From positions 71,448-135,447 of the forward strand of contig NW_008246136.1 of assembly GCF_000281045.1 (NCBI RefSeq): a DNA stretch of 64,000 nucleotides. Direction: 5' to 3'. Below the pieces are notes generated by a model. It had not been told where the DNA came from and searched no databases. It worked only from the letters and a program-made list of their open reading frames with translations. Each line of letters starts with the position of its first letter. Position 1 is the stretch's first letter. The DNA comes from Saprolegnia diclina VS20 (taxonomy: Eukaryota). This document shows positions 47,760 through 60,242 of this stretch, one piece after another. A program made the position numbers and the translations under genes.

Positions 47760-49243
47760 CATTTCTTGTCGGCTACAGTAATCACGCGAGATGAGTTGAA
47801 GGGACTGAGAAGAAGCCATCACGTTGCGCGCAGCTGCCGGCAAATGCAGCTACTAAGAACGTCGTTCAATAAAGTAAGATGCACCGCAAAGAAGGACATG
47901 TAATGAATCAAGATACATAATCGTGGGTGCGCCCAGTGACGCCAGCAACAACGATGACGGTAGCGCTGCTTTGCAGCAAAGACCAGGGTCGCATCGCTGG
48001 TCGTCGACTGACGCGAAGCGTGGCCCTGACGCATCACGTTTCGCTGCATGGGTGAGGGTGACCTCCATCGACCCGCCCGTCATCGATGGCATTACGCATC
48101 GGCCACACAGGAGTGACCCAATAGGATTGATGCCGATCCCATGCCAGCTAAACTGGACAAGGATCGTCCACGTGTGGCCATATCATCGTCGAACGTCCTT
48201 TGGGAGCAGAGACACGAGCGCGGACGCACGTTTCTCGGCCTGTTCGTCTCGGAAGCGATACACTGGATCGGGTCGTCTTGACACCGCCATCGACCGTGCC
48301 GTATATATACGTATGCGCGCCAAGTGGTGGGCCTGTCCGCCATGAGGACGTGGCAGCGCCTGTTTGGCTCACTCGCATCGAAAGTGCAATGTCGTCTTGT
48401 TCCAAAATAGTAGACATGATTTCCCGGGTCTACGCCAGAGAACGTGTACACATTGTCTGTCCGCGCTCGTCACGGACCGCGCGCGGTGTCGGCAGCGGAA
48501 CATCGCGGCGGCGTTGTGGCTCGCGGCTCCGCAAGACTAAACGTCAAGGTCCGCGCCATATGGCGGGCATTACGCGTCCATTCAGGTGGTGGCTTCAAGA
48601 ACCCCAGACCGTGGCCCTTCCCCATAATCGTCGTTGAGTGAGCATGAGACGGACGACGTCTATTAGACGCGCAGCTTCCCGCGAGATTGGCACTGGATCC
48701 TTGCGCACGCTGGCCGCGTCACGACCAATCAACCTCGCGGATGGCGTCGAGGATGTGAACCAGATACAAGTCGGAGGTGCAAGGTTCGGTACCCACCGTG
48801 TATACCACGTGATGGCGCCTTCTTCATTCTCGACGACGGGCTCTGATCCCACTGCAAAAAAAGGCGCAAAGACAGAGCACTCGATTGGTGCGTACACGAC
48901 GGGCGCGTGGTTGTATGTTTACCTGCGACCAGCTGCGTATAGACCAAAGCGATGTCGAGGTAGTTGGCTCGCATGCCGAACGTGTGGCTTTGCAAAGCAT
49001 AGGAAGCACAGCGGGAGGACCCGGACGCAGCTGCGCCTCGTTCGACGGCTCGTTCGACGCATGGGTGGAAGGGCAAACTGAGCTGGTTGCTTGGAGAGTG
49101 GGACTCTCTCTGTCTGCGGGCATTGGTCACGCTCGGAATCCAGCGTCTGGCCGCGTTGACAGACACAACGAAGAGCAGCAGCATTTGGGAATCTGCTCCG
49201 GCCCGTGCACATCCTTCTAGTGCCCTTCTTTGGTCGTACGTAT

Positions 49244-50215
49244 ATGGCCAGCAGCAGTGTACGCATGAACAGCTTTCCCGGCTACCGCTTCCCCAACAAG
49301 CCCCTCGACGCACAGACGCGCTACGACCACGAGTCGGCCATGATGAAGTACGAGCTCCTCCACGGCGGCCGGTACGACCAAACCGGGTACGACTACAGCA
49401 ACCCGCAGCAGGCGCCGACGGCGCCGCATCACCAACACGCGCCGTACAGCGAGTACAACCAGGCGCCCAACGCTGGCGACCCGCGCGCCTTTTACAACGA
49501 GTACCCGCCGTATAATACGGCGACGGCCAACCCGGCGGCCAACTACAGCTACGGCCACGACAACCTTGCGCCGATGCCATTGCCGCCGTACGAAGGCCAG
49601 CGCTACAAGCACTTGGACGCCGACTTTTTAGACGAAGCGATTCAGTGCATTCCGCAGCTCGACGCGCTCGAGGGCATGCACCACCCGTACGGGCGACCGA
49701 CGACGATCAACACCGCCAACGTGAATGCGAACGCCGGTATGTACAACAGCCGCCACGGGTCGGGCTCGTACTCGCCGTCGTCCAACGCGCCGTCGTCGAC
49801 GGGGTCGGCGCACGACATCGGAGGGTACCGCCCGGCGCGCAAGCCCAGCTCGTCGGCGTCCGAGAAGGCCAACCCGCGCCTCTGCCGCGTGCCCGGCTGC
49901 AACAAGGGCATTCGGTCGCGCGGCCTTTGCAAGGGCCACGGCGGTGGGCGGCGCTGCCAAACCGCGGGCTGCAAGATTTCCGACCAAGGCGGCGGCCATT
50001 GCATCGCCCACGGCGGCGGCCGGCGCTGCTCCGAGCCCGGGTGCACGCGGTCGGCCCAGGCGCGCGGCCGCTGCAAGTGCCACGGCGGCGGGCGCCCGTG
50101 CAAGTATGAGGGCTGCGGCAAAAACAGCCAGCGCTCCGGCTACTGCATGACGCACGCCAAGCTCGTCGAACAAAGCATGCGCGCCACTGACGACGCCACG
50201 AGCATGAGCTTATAA
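49244..50215 (+). CDS. WRKY19-like C-x4-C...C-x2-H-GGG zinc-finger repeat protein (putative transcription factor)
   Basis: Four tandem repeats (CRVPGCNKGIRSRGLCKGHGGGRR and similar); low-complexity Y/P/N-rich N-terminus. Confidence 0.85.
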   Translation: MASSSVRMNSFPGYRFPNKPLDAQTRYDHESAMMKYELLHGGRYDQTGYDYSNPQQAPTAPHHQHAPYSEYNQAPNAGDPRAFYNEYPPYNTATANPAANYSYGHDNLAPMPLPPYEGQRYKHLDADFLDEAIQCIPQLDALEGMHHPYGRPTTINTANVNANAGMYNSRHGSGSYSPSSNAPSSTGSAHDIGGYRPARKPSSSASEKANPRLCRVPGCNKGIRSRGLCKGHGGGRRCQTAGCKISDQGGGHCIAHGGGRRCSEPGCTRSAQARGRCKCHGGGRPCKYEGCGKNSQRSGYCMTHAKLVEQSMRATDDATSMSL

Positions 50216-51106
50216 GTCGTCCGTCGTCCTTTTATTTAACGCGTTGTAATACCAATGGCGCTTCGCCGTGTTGTCCTTTGTACTGGAATAACGCGTCGTA
50301 CCAGGTAGTCGCCGATGGACGATCGCCAGTCTCATCGTCCCGACGACAGAATCCCCATCATCTTCTCCGCCTCGCCGTGTCCATGAACATTGCCCGACGT
50401 GTCGCGTGTGGACATAGGCGTGTACTTTATACGGGACTGGGCGACCTTGTGGACTAGACGGGCGGCGGCAACGACGACAACAAGGACCGCTACAGCCGCC
50501 GAGTCGACATCGCCGTCGCAGATGCCGATGTCGCCGATGCCAACACCGATGCGACCGTGGGGGCAAGTTGTGGGCGCAACATCCCACGGCCACGCCGCTT
50601 GAGCGCGGCCGCGCTGGTTCTTCAAGGCACCGCTCAACCCATGTCGTGACGCGCTTAGCATCCGTGGTGCGAGAAACGTCGGCGCGTCATCGATTACCAG
50701 ACCCCGGAAGAATTGACAATTGCAGGCGCACGTGGTGTCTGATCCGGCGACCAGATGCAGCGACGGGGCACTGTGTATGAGGCCGCACATAACAAGTGGC
50801 GACGCCTGTCTAGAACGCTGCGGCGACCATCGCGTGATCTCCACTTTGCACTAAGTTCGTAGTGCAAAGAGGCGTTAGCCGCGTGTCAGCTCCGACGGAC
50901 CACCGAGTTGCGCCGTGACCACAAGTCGAAGAATCACGAGAGTGGCACTGGCGAGTAAGCCCGCAGATTCCTCCGAGTGCGCGACGGCAATCAAGCCACG
51001 CGCGGCGAATCTTCTGCCAACAAGGGCGTGGTATGCTATTACTTACACCACCCGCCAAACATATACACTGTACTCAACGACGTCAACACCCACGAACGCA
51101 CGCCCA

Positions 51107-52196
51107 TCAGGCCACATAGGCCATGCAACTGCCATGGCGCTGGCCGTCGCAGCGCCCGACGTCCGTCTCGTCGGTGGTCGTCGTCGGTGGCCTGCAGTCG
51201 ACCGCGCAACTGCCGTCGTCGGTGTCCGTGAGCCACGGGTGCAGCAAAATGGTCTCGAGCGATGGCCGTTCGTGCGGCTGGACGCGAAGTAGCTGTGCGA
51301 TGAGGTCGAGGACGCGCTCCGAGAGACGCAGTCCCCACATCTTGACGAGCGCGCGAATGCCTTCTTGCCGGACGATGCGGAAGCGGGCGTCGTGGTCGCC
51401 GGGCACTTCCAGGGGCGGCATACCACAGACCAAGATGAAAAGCAAGATGCCAAGGGACCACACGTCGGCGGTGAAGCCTAGAGGTGCGCATGTGAGCTTG
51501 AATAGCGCTGCGTTGAAGTACCGTTGTAACTCGTCTGGTCGCCGAGGTAGACTTCGGGGGCCATGTAGAAGGGTTTGCCGACGCGGCCTGTGGTGAGATC
51601 GCCGCGCTGTGTCGCCAGGCCGAAATCACATATCCTGGCATTCGTTGGCATGAGCCATGCGCAAGTCGACGAGAATGTACCGGCAATGTTGCTGCGCATC
51701 CAGCAAAATGTTCTCTAGGGACAAGTCGCGGTGGGCGACGCCGGCTGCGTGGATGTGGGCAACGCCCAGCACAATCTGTCGAAACCAGCGCGCGGCAACT
51801 GCTTCGTGGACACCTCGTGACGTCTTGTTGGGCCCGTGCACTTGGTCAAAGAGCTCGCCGTACGGACAGTAGGTAAACACCAGGCACAACATGTTGTCGT
51901 GCTCGAAATCTTCGAGGAGATGCAGAAGCGACGCATGTGGTGCCAAGCTTTGTAAGATCGCAAACTCTTGCAGCCTAGCGTCATGGGTGAAGCCACGCTC
52001 GCGTGCTTCTTGTGAGTTCGTACCCGTCTTCCTTGATGTGGAGGTTGCCCCGCAGCGCCGTGCGCGCCGCGAGGTGCTCAAGGCTCATCATCTTGATCGC
52101 GACGAGCTCGTCGTGGTTGCTCGCGTTTCGCCGGGCGAGGATAACCTTGCCGTAGATCGCATCCCGCAGCGTGCGGACGTAGCTGAAGCGGTCCAT
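51107..52196 (-). CDS. Ser/Thr protein kinase, CAMK-like (3 introns)
   Basis: DAIYGKV, VAIKMM, GELF, HRDLSLENILL, ICDFGLA, GKPFYMAPE, ADVWSLGILLF, HPWL. Confidence 0.92.
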
Positions 52197-52777
52197 CGGT
52201 GGATGTAGAATGGGCTCCGGTCGCTCCTTCGTGGCCGGCCCCGGTTCGAAATCGAAGAAACCGTCCTCGGAAGATTCGATATCTTTTTCACCAATGGCCT
52301 TGCTCAAAGTGGCAGAACGCGCTGTGATTGGTCCGTGGCGAAGAAAGGCCATTTTTGGACGAATCCTGGCATCAGACAACTCCGAGCTGGTCCCGCCCAT
52401 GTTGGATCGGCAGTGGGCCGCTTCGCGCCCCGCTGACAGGCGGCTGCACGCCCCCGACCGACCGCCTCGCACAGCTCGCACAGCCGCCACGAGTGCGCGC
52501 CGTTGGCCATGACCGATGGCCTTCCGCAATCTCCTACCAGTACTGAACGCCTGGCGTCAGGCCAGCAATGGAAGCGACTGCATTCTCCGCTACCGTAGCA
52601 GGAGCTGCATGCGTCAGTCCAGCCAGACGTTGCATCTTAGCGACACGCAAAGGTAGCCGAGGCGTTGGCATCGCCACGTGTATAGCCTACGGACTTGTTG
52701 CCTCGGTGGTTCCATAGCACAGCAGCGCCAGCCCTGGTTCACGTCGCAACACGCCAATGCCACAAGAAATATCGCCT

Positions 52778-53061
52778 NNNNNNNNNNNNNNNNNNNNNNN
52801 NNNNNNNNNNNNNNNNNNNNNNNNNNNNNNNNNNNNNNNNNNNNNNNNNNNNNNNNNNNNNNNNNNNNNNNNNNNNNNNNNNNNNNNNNNNNNNNNNNNN
52901 NNNNNNNNNNNNNNNNNNNNNNNNNNNNNNNNNNNNNNNNNNNNNNNNNNNNNNNNNNNNNNNNNNNNNNNNNNNNNNNNNNNNNNNNNNNNNNNNNNNN
53001 NNNNNNNNNNNNNNNNNNNNNNNNNNNNNNNNNNNNNNNNNNNNNNNNNNNNNNNNNNNNN
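52778..53061. other. Assembly gap (284 N)
   Basis: Run of N. Confidence 0.99.
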
Positions 53062-53152
53062 ACTAATCTAAGTGAACATCAACCACCATTTGTCACATCT
53101 CATTGTTGCCAGCTTATCGTTTCGTACCGTTTCGCGTCCGTGTTGTTGCTGG

Positions 53153-56100
53153 ATGAGCAAGCAGCGCGTGATGCCGGCGCCGGCGCCGGCCGCCGAGCCG
53201 CGGCTCAAGATGCCGGTCGACCGCTTCGCGATGATGCGCCAAGTCAACAAGGAGGCGAACACCTCTGCCTTTGACACGGTCTCGGCGACGCAAAACCACC
53301 GTGAGCGCAAGGAGCAGGAGACCAAGCGCCGCGCCGAGGCGACGCTCATGGAGAAGGAAGACTACACGTTCACGCAAGAGGGCGTCGACCGGCTCAAGCG
53401 GCGCGAGGCGCGGCTGCTCATGGAAGCCGAAGAAAAGCGAACGCGGCAGATCCTCGCAGCCGAAGCCGCGGCGCGGTACGCAGCGGCCGAGAAGGAGCGC
53501 AAGCGCATTGAAGCCGAGGAGCGCCAGCGATTGCTTGAGGTGCACCGCGCGCAGATGGAAGCGCAAAAGGCCGCCGAAGCCGCCGACCTCGCGCGCAAGC
53601 TCGCGGAGCGGGAAGCGCGGCTGAAAAAGATGAAGGAAGACGCGGACCGCAAGGTGCGGGAGGAGTACCAGAAGAAGGAGGAGGCCAAGCGCGCGGAAAT
53701 CAACCATGTGCGCCAGCTGCAGCAGCAGCAGACCGAGCGCGAGCTCATGGAAGCCGAAGAGGAGGCCGAGCGAGACAGGCTGCTCAAAGTCGCCGAGCAA
53801 GCGGCCATCCAAGAGCGGATCCGCGCCGAAGAGATGAAGTGGAAGGCGTGGGAGGAAGCCGAGGCGCTCAAAGAAGCCGAGGCGCTCGCCGCGCGGCGCG
53901 CGCTTCTCGCTGCGCAATACGAAGAGGACAAGGCGCGCCGCATGGACCTCCATCGGCTCCGCAAAGAAAAAGAAAGTCGGCTCAAGAAGATGGCCGAGCC
54001 CGTCGTCGAGACCAGCGTCGCGCCGGTCGCCGACCCAGCCCACAAAGGTGCGCTCGGTGGCCTTTAGCGTTGATAGAAAGGCGTGTAGGGATCCCCAAGG
54101 CCGGCTCGTTTGTCGTCAAGCCAGCTGCAGAGAAATTGGTACATGGAGGCAATCAAAAATGGTTCAACGTGTCGGGTAGGAGTGGCGCGATGTCTCGGCG
54201 CTGAGCAAGGACCAGCTCCGCGACGAGTTGACGAATTGCGCGCAGCTCAAAAAATCCCTCAAGCAAGACATTGTGGCGTGGTAAAAAGCTTCTTGGCGTG
54301 CATTCTGTCGCCAATATGGACGCAGGTGCGACGCGTTCCTGGCCAAGATGCACCGACCACCGTCGCTCGAAGAGAAGCAGGAAATTCAACCTCTCTACAA
54401 ACGCTACAGCGAAGTCGAGAGCCACTTTCGTGCTGTCAAGGCGCGGCTCGACGGCGACGCCAAGCTCGTGTCTGTATCCGAAGCGCCGCCCGTCAAAAGC
54501 TCGAGCTCGACAAAGCTACCGCCGACCAACGACGCCCCCAGCATGCAAGTCATTCTGGTGCGACGAGATTGGGTTGTGCAAGGTGCCGACTATCACTGTA
54601 GACAAATCGCAAGCGCGACGTCAAAAAAGCTATTCAAGATTGGACTTCAGCGTTCCAGGCCACCCACGGCCATCTCCCGAGTGTTCAGGAAAAGAGGGAA
54701 ATCTTATCCTTGTACGAAGACTACGCCAAGATTGACGCGCAGCTCAAAAACCTCAAGTACCACTGCGTGAAATGGCGTACATTGAGGGCGGGGCTAGGTA
54801 CACGGTCGTCAGTGTCGAGGTGCCGACTCCCCACAAGAAACCACCCAAAGCCGGAGCCCTCGATATGAATGCAATCAAAGAGATGGCGGCCAAGCAAGCA
54901 ACGGCCAAGGCCAGCCCCATCAAAAAGCATCTGCCCGAGACGGCCAAGCTCGAAAGCGACGACAACCAGCCCGGAGCGGATATGGAGGAAACCAAAGCTC
55001 CCGCAAATACTAGCGAAGTCCCCGAAGTGCTCGAGCCGACAGCGTCCGAGCCCGTCGAAGAGCCATACCCTAACCCCTCCCGAGTACTCGAATGCGAAGC
55101 CAACGCTGCAGAGACGGACGAGTCACCAACTGCGGAGCTACCAGCGCCGTATCGTGGTACTGAAGACCCTGCGCAAGATAGCCAAGTACCATTGACGAGT
55201 TCGGCACCAGACGTCCACTGTGAGCCCACGCTGACACAAGATGTGGTGTCGGAGGCCGTGAACGCTGCAAAGGACTCGACGGAAGCGGTGCCATCGACAT
55301 CGGCTTCCTTGGTTGTAGAGGCACAGCCGAGCCTCGACGCAAGTTTGCTTGCGAATACGACATCGGCGCCATCCCCTGATGCAGTCGGGCCCACGGCGCA
55401 AGGCGATGCCATGTCGGCATTGGCCACCGATGAGCCTGCAGCGCAGACTGACACGACGTTAGACCGTGCAAGCGAGCCACCGGCTGATGCGCCACCAACG
55501 GACATTAGAAAAGCGACCGAATCAGCTGTGCTTGGACCTTCGGATGTCCAAGCGCTGCAACCAGCATCGATCGAGTCGACTGAGCTCCATGTCGAACCGC
55601 CGCGGTTGACCGAGCCATCGACAATGTCAACACCCCGGGCTCAAGTCGCGAGCAACAACGAGGCAAGTCCAGTCGACTTGATGACCGAAGGCAGCGACTT
55701 GAGCGTCGACTCGACGACTGAAAGCAGTGCACTGAGCGTCGACAACCAAGTGCCACCGCCTCAAGTCGAAGCGCACACGCTACCCGAGTGGCTGGCGCTC
55801 GAGCTTTCCGTCCTCGACGCTCTTGACGATGCACCTTCGGACGCTGAATCCACGTTGGAAGCAAGACTCGACACTGTTGTTGCAGGTATCCAGGCGCAAA
55901 CCGAGGCGGCACCCGCGTTTCTTCGCGTCGAGTCGGTCGAGGCTGCGTCGCCAGCAGCGGCGGCCAATGTGCTGCCCAACGACCTCATTGTGCGGTTTGG
56001 ATCCGTGTTGCGGGACGCATCGCAGCCAACGAGTACCTTGATTCGCGACGTGGTATTCTTTTTGCATTTTTACTGTTGGTTTATCGCATCGGGTGTAGGT

Positions 56101-59100
56101 CGCGCTTGTGAACGCCCGGGCAGCCACCGCGCGAGCACTCGGTATCTCGGTGCGGCGCGGGGATGCGACAGCGCACTTGGTGCTTCGGCCGCAAAAATGG
56201 GCTGGCGCGGGCCTTCTCGGGTGTGTCTTGCAACCGTACGAGGCGAGCAAAGTACCGTCGCCGCCCAAACCTCGGCCGCTGTCGGCGGCCCCCGTGGCGC
56301 CCCCGGAAGACGCCTTTGATCCCGCGCCCCTGATGCGACTGATGACGCAGTCGATGGATGCAATGGACTTTCAAAAGGCGGTCGACCACGAAATGCAGTT
56401 GTACGACGCCCAAGACGCTCTTTCGCAGTGGCTACAAGCACACCCGTCGACGACCGACGACCTTGCATCAATCGGTGCTCAGCTGGAGGCCGTGCGGGCA
56501 AACGCAGCCAAGGTCCTCCACGACCACTTACGGGACGCCGGCGTGATCCCGTATCTCCGAGTTGACACGGTGGAGGCAGAGTCGCCCGCCGCGGCATCCG
56601 GCCTCCTTCCTGGCGACCTTGTTGTCCGCTTTGGCGGCGTCGTCTCGGTCGACGGCACCAAGACACCTGCGTCGAGTTTGATTCAGCACATTGTACTCCG
56701 AGTGGATGAATCATTTCTTATATATTCCGTCGTAGGTGGCCCTTGTCAACGCTCGGCGCAACCATTGTCTGAGTGTCTCGGTCGAGCGTAGCACCGAAAA
56801 CGATCTCGTTCATTTATCTATCCGCCCGCAGACCTGGGCCGGCGCAGGTGCGCTGGGCTGTGTCTTGCACCCGCACGAGCGACCAGCGCTGAGTATTCTC
56901 ACCGAGCCGGAACCGCCGTCGTGGCCAACGAACGCCTTTGCGTACATTGAGGCCATGGCGGCCGCCCCGTCGCCCGCAAGCATCGCTGGCCTTCTGGAAA
57001 CCGACTGCATCATCGGATTCGACGGCCTCGACGGCGGCGCGACGCTCCAAGAGGCGCTAACGACGTTCAACAGGTGTGTTCGACTGTGTGTAGTAACCTA
57101 CAGACCGTCGAATCGACTTGTAGACTCACAGACTTTCCGCTGACGCTGTATCTGTCACGGTACTGCCCCATCGAGACGGGGTCCCCCGGCTACGTCGAGT
57201 TCGCGGTCGTCTTGAACTCCTGGGACGGTATCCTCTCGATTCAGCCGCTCGTTGCGATCGAAGCAGCGGACGATCCCTCTTCGCTGCCCGATTCGACTCT
57301 ACCCTCGGTACCCTTTGCTCGCGTGCTCCGGGTCTACCCCGAGTCCCCCGCCGACACCGGGGGGCTCATGGCCGGCGACTACGTTCACGTGATAAGCGAC
57401 GTGATGTATCCGTCGCCCGAGGCTGTCTCGGACTGGATCGGACACCAGTTTTCGACTCAGTCGTCCGTCGCACTGCAAATCACGCGCTGTCTCGACGCCG
57501 ACGACAGGTTTCTACACCCTTTGGGATAGTTCAGACGATGAAATGTCGCCATGTAGGTACACGGAAATCCAGCTGCGCATTCTGCCCGAGCGTTGGTGCG
57601 CGCCACAGTTGCACTTGGGCGCGCACGATCGGCGAATGCTTGAGCTCTTTGGGTGGACCCTCGAGTTTCTCAAAGAGCCCGTGTACCCGCCATTCTTGGT
57701 TGTCGAGAGCGTCGTACCGGCGTCGCCCGCCGCGCTCGGCGGTGTCTGCGCCGGCGACCTCGTGGGAAAGTTTGGGTCGCTTCTCAAGGCGTCGCTTGGG
57801 GGCCCGTCGTCCGTGGCCGAGATGGTGCACTTGTACTTGGGCCCGGAAACCAAGCAGCTCGAGGGACACAAGCTCACGCCGTTGCCGATGCAAGTGCATC
57901 GATACGACGCCGCAACATGCCTTGTTACCCGCGTCAACCTCTTCTTGCCCCCGCCCAAGCCTGGCTTCTACACCGGGTACCGACAGATCTACCATCGTTT
58001 GTTCTGTGCCAACGTACGTTCATAGAGATGGCGTGTGGGGCTGTTGCCTGCAACTATGGGCGCCAGAGGCGCTAGAGCCCCTCCTCGTCGTGACGACAGG
58101 CTCTCTATGCTGTGGACTCCAAGAAGGCGATTTGCTGCTGGACGTCCAAGGCGTCCGCGCACCAAGTTCGCTCGACGCTCTGGCGGCCGCGATGGCGTCA
58201 GCGTCGTCTCTGACACTCGTCGTGCAGCGCTGGGACCCATCGCAGTACCTTTACATTTATTTTCCCCTGGTTCTGGCAGTAAGGACACGCTGTGACGCAA
58301 GCACGGACTCTGAAATTGACGTTGGCGGCGTCGGCTGCATCACGTACGCTTCCTACTGGCAACGGTGCGTTCGAGTGCGATTGACGAAGAGGACGACGAG
58401 GACGTAGGTACGAGGCGGCGAATCCGTCGGCGCTGCCGTGTAAATCGTGCTGGGAAGCCACCTTTGCAACAGTCGCCCACGGCGCCGCCTACTGCGGACA
58501 CCTCGACTGCCTCACGTACCTCAGCCAGTACTTTGACGTCTTCTGTCTCGACCCGCTCGGGTAAAGAAGAGCCGAATCTGTTGGTGCATTTATACCGGCG
58601 TAGACGCACGCCGCTGTTTTACGCAGCCTACGCCAACCAGGTCGACTGCGTACTGTTGCTACTGTCGATCGACGTCGATGGCACACTGCGCGAAGCGACG
58701 GACGCGAACGGCGACACGATCCTGCACGCGGCTACGAGCGGCGGCGCCCTCGCGGCCATGCAGCTCTTGCTGCAGCACGGCCTCAGCACCGAGCGCGTCA
58801 ACAACCTGGGGTCGGGTTACATACTTGACAATAGGATCTTAGTTGTCGCTTGGTGTAGACTGCGCCCCGTGCACATTGCGCCAACGATGGAGGCGCTGCA
58901 GGTGCTCGCCGACGGCCAAGCCGACCTCGTCGCGCTCGACACCTCGGGCCGCCTCGCGCTGGCGTATGCGTGCATGGCCGGGGACGAGGCGTGCGTCGCC
59001 TACTTGGTGGCCGAAGGACCCGAGTTGATCGACTATGCGGACACGGACGGCAACACGCCGCTGCATTTTGCTGTCCTCAGCGGGTCGCTGCCAGTGGTGC

Positions 59101-59261
59101 AAGCGCTGCTGACGGCGTCGCCCAACTACATTCTGCGGCCCAACAAGGACGGGAAAAGCGCCCTCGACCACGCTGTCGAGAACGAGTTGCCGTCGATCGC
59201 TGCGTTCTTGGAGGCGACGTGTATGGTGCTTGACGAGATGGGAGCTGCCCTCTCGGAATAG
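53153..59261 (+). CDS. Large multidomain protein: charged coiled coil, two FAM13-like helical repeats, acidic P/S/T linker, about six Nas2/PSMD9-type PDZ-like domains, ankyrin repeats (could be two genes)
   Basis: E/R/K-rich 5' exon; PDZ motifs FLRVESVEAASPAA...DLIVRFG, KWAGAGLLGCVL, YLRVDTVEAESPAAASGLLPGDLVVRFG, VYPESPADTGGLMAGD; ankyrin motifs RTPLFYAA, GDTILHAA, GNTPLHFAV, GKSALDHA. Confidence 0.7.
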
Positions 59262-59363
59262 ATAGAAGAGATGTGTTTGGTCGGGTCCCCAACTACTATT
59301 TTGTACTGAAAAAACGACTTGGGAAAAGACATTCAGTGTTCTTTGTACTTGGTGGTAGGCGAA

Positions 59364-60242
59364 TTACATGGCCGCGTACCCCGTCTGCGCGTCTTCGAGA
59401 TCGTGCGGGTCGGCAAAGAGCTGCTCCTCGCGCGACTTGTCCTTCTTGATCTTCCAGAAGAGGAAGGCTGCGAGGATCACGGCGGCGATGCACCCGACCA
59501 CGATGCCTGCAATCGCACCACCCGAAATACCAGACGATTTGCTTGACGTGTCGCTGTTGTTGGTGCCCGTGCTCACATCGTGGCCATTCTGGCCGTTGCC
59601 GTTCGCGTAGCCATTGCCGTTGCCGTTGCCGTTGGGCGGAGTCGTCGTCTTGCCGCCGCCGTTCGCACCGCCGTTCGCACCTCCGTTTGCACCGCCATTC
59701 GCGCCTCCGTTCGCACCACCATTCGCGCCCCCAGCCTTTGTCGGCGTAGGCGTCGGGGTCTTCGATCCGCTTGGTGTCGTCACCGCAGGTGTCGGCTTGA
59801 CCGTCGACGCGGGGGTCGTCACTGCCGGCGTTGGGCTGGCCGACGGCGTCGTAGGCGGGAGTGTCGTGACCGCTGGCGCCGGCGTCGAGCCCGGAGCGGC
59901 GCACGAGTTGGCAGGCATGAGCTTGTATTTTGCGCAGGCAACGCATGGCGCGTTCTTGTTGTTGCACGGGTTCTTCTTGGGGCAGTTGGCTTGGGGCATT
60001 AGGTTCAGCTTGTTGCACTGGCGGCAGTCGGAGCCGGGGACGCCGTCGGTTGAGATGCAGACGCCGGGCTTGCACTGGGCAATGGGCATGAGCCGCTTGA
60101 GGTCGCAGGCCGAAACGATGACCGTCGCGGCGAGGAGGCCGGTGGCGCTGGCGTCATGCAGCGCCGAGCGCATCTCGGGCGACGTCCGGCAGCGCAGCGA
60201 GACGGCGAACGAGAGCAGCAGTACAGTCAGTAGCTTGGTCAT
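59364..60242 (-). CDS. Type I membrane protein with Cys-rich N-domain, Thr/Pro mucin-like stalk and GGAN repeats
   Basis: Signal peptide MTKLLTVLLLSFAVS; Cys-rich head; TP-rich stalk; (GGAN)x6; TM ISGGAIAGIVVGCIAAVILAAFLFW followed by KIKK; tail TGYAAM. Confidence 0.85.
   Translation of the reverse strand: MTKLLTVLLLSFAVSLRCRTSPEMRSALHDASATGLLAATVIVSACDLKRLMPIAQCKPGVCISTDGVPGSDCRQCNKLNLMPQANCPKKNPCNNKNAPCVACAKYKLMPANSCAAPGSTPAPAVTTLPPTTPSASPTPAVTTPASTVKPTPAVTTPSGSKTPTPTPTKAGGANGGANGGANGGANGGANGGANGGGKTTTPPNGNGNGNGYANGNGQNGHDVSTGTNNSDTSSKSSGISGGAIAGIVVGCIAAVILAAFLFWKIKKDKSREEQLFADPHDLEDAQTGYAAM

Noticed and set aside
47800..49200. Multiple overlapping ORFs upstream of the zinc-finger gene
   Set aside because: No domain signal; probably promoter or UTR.
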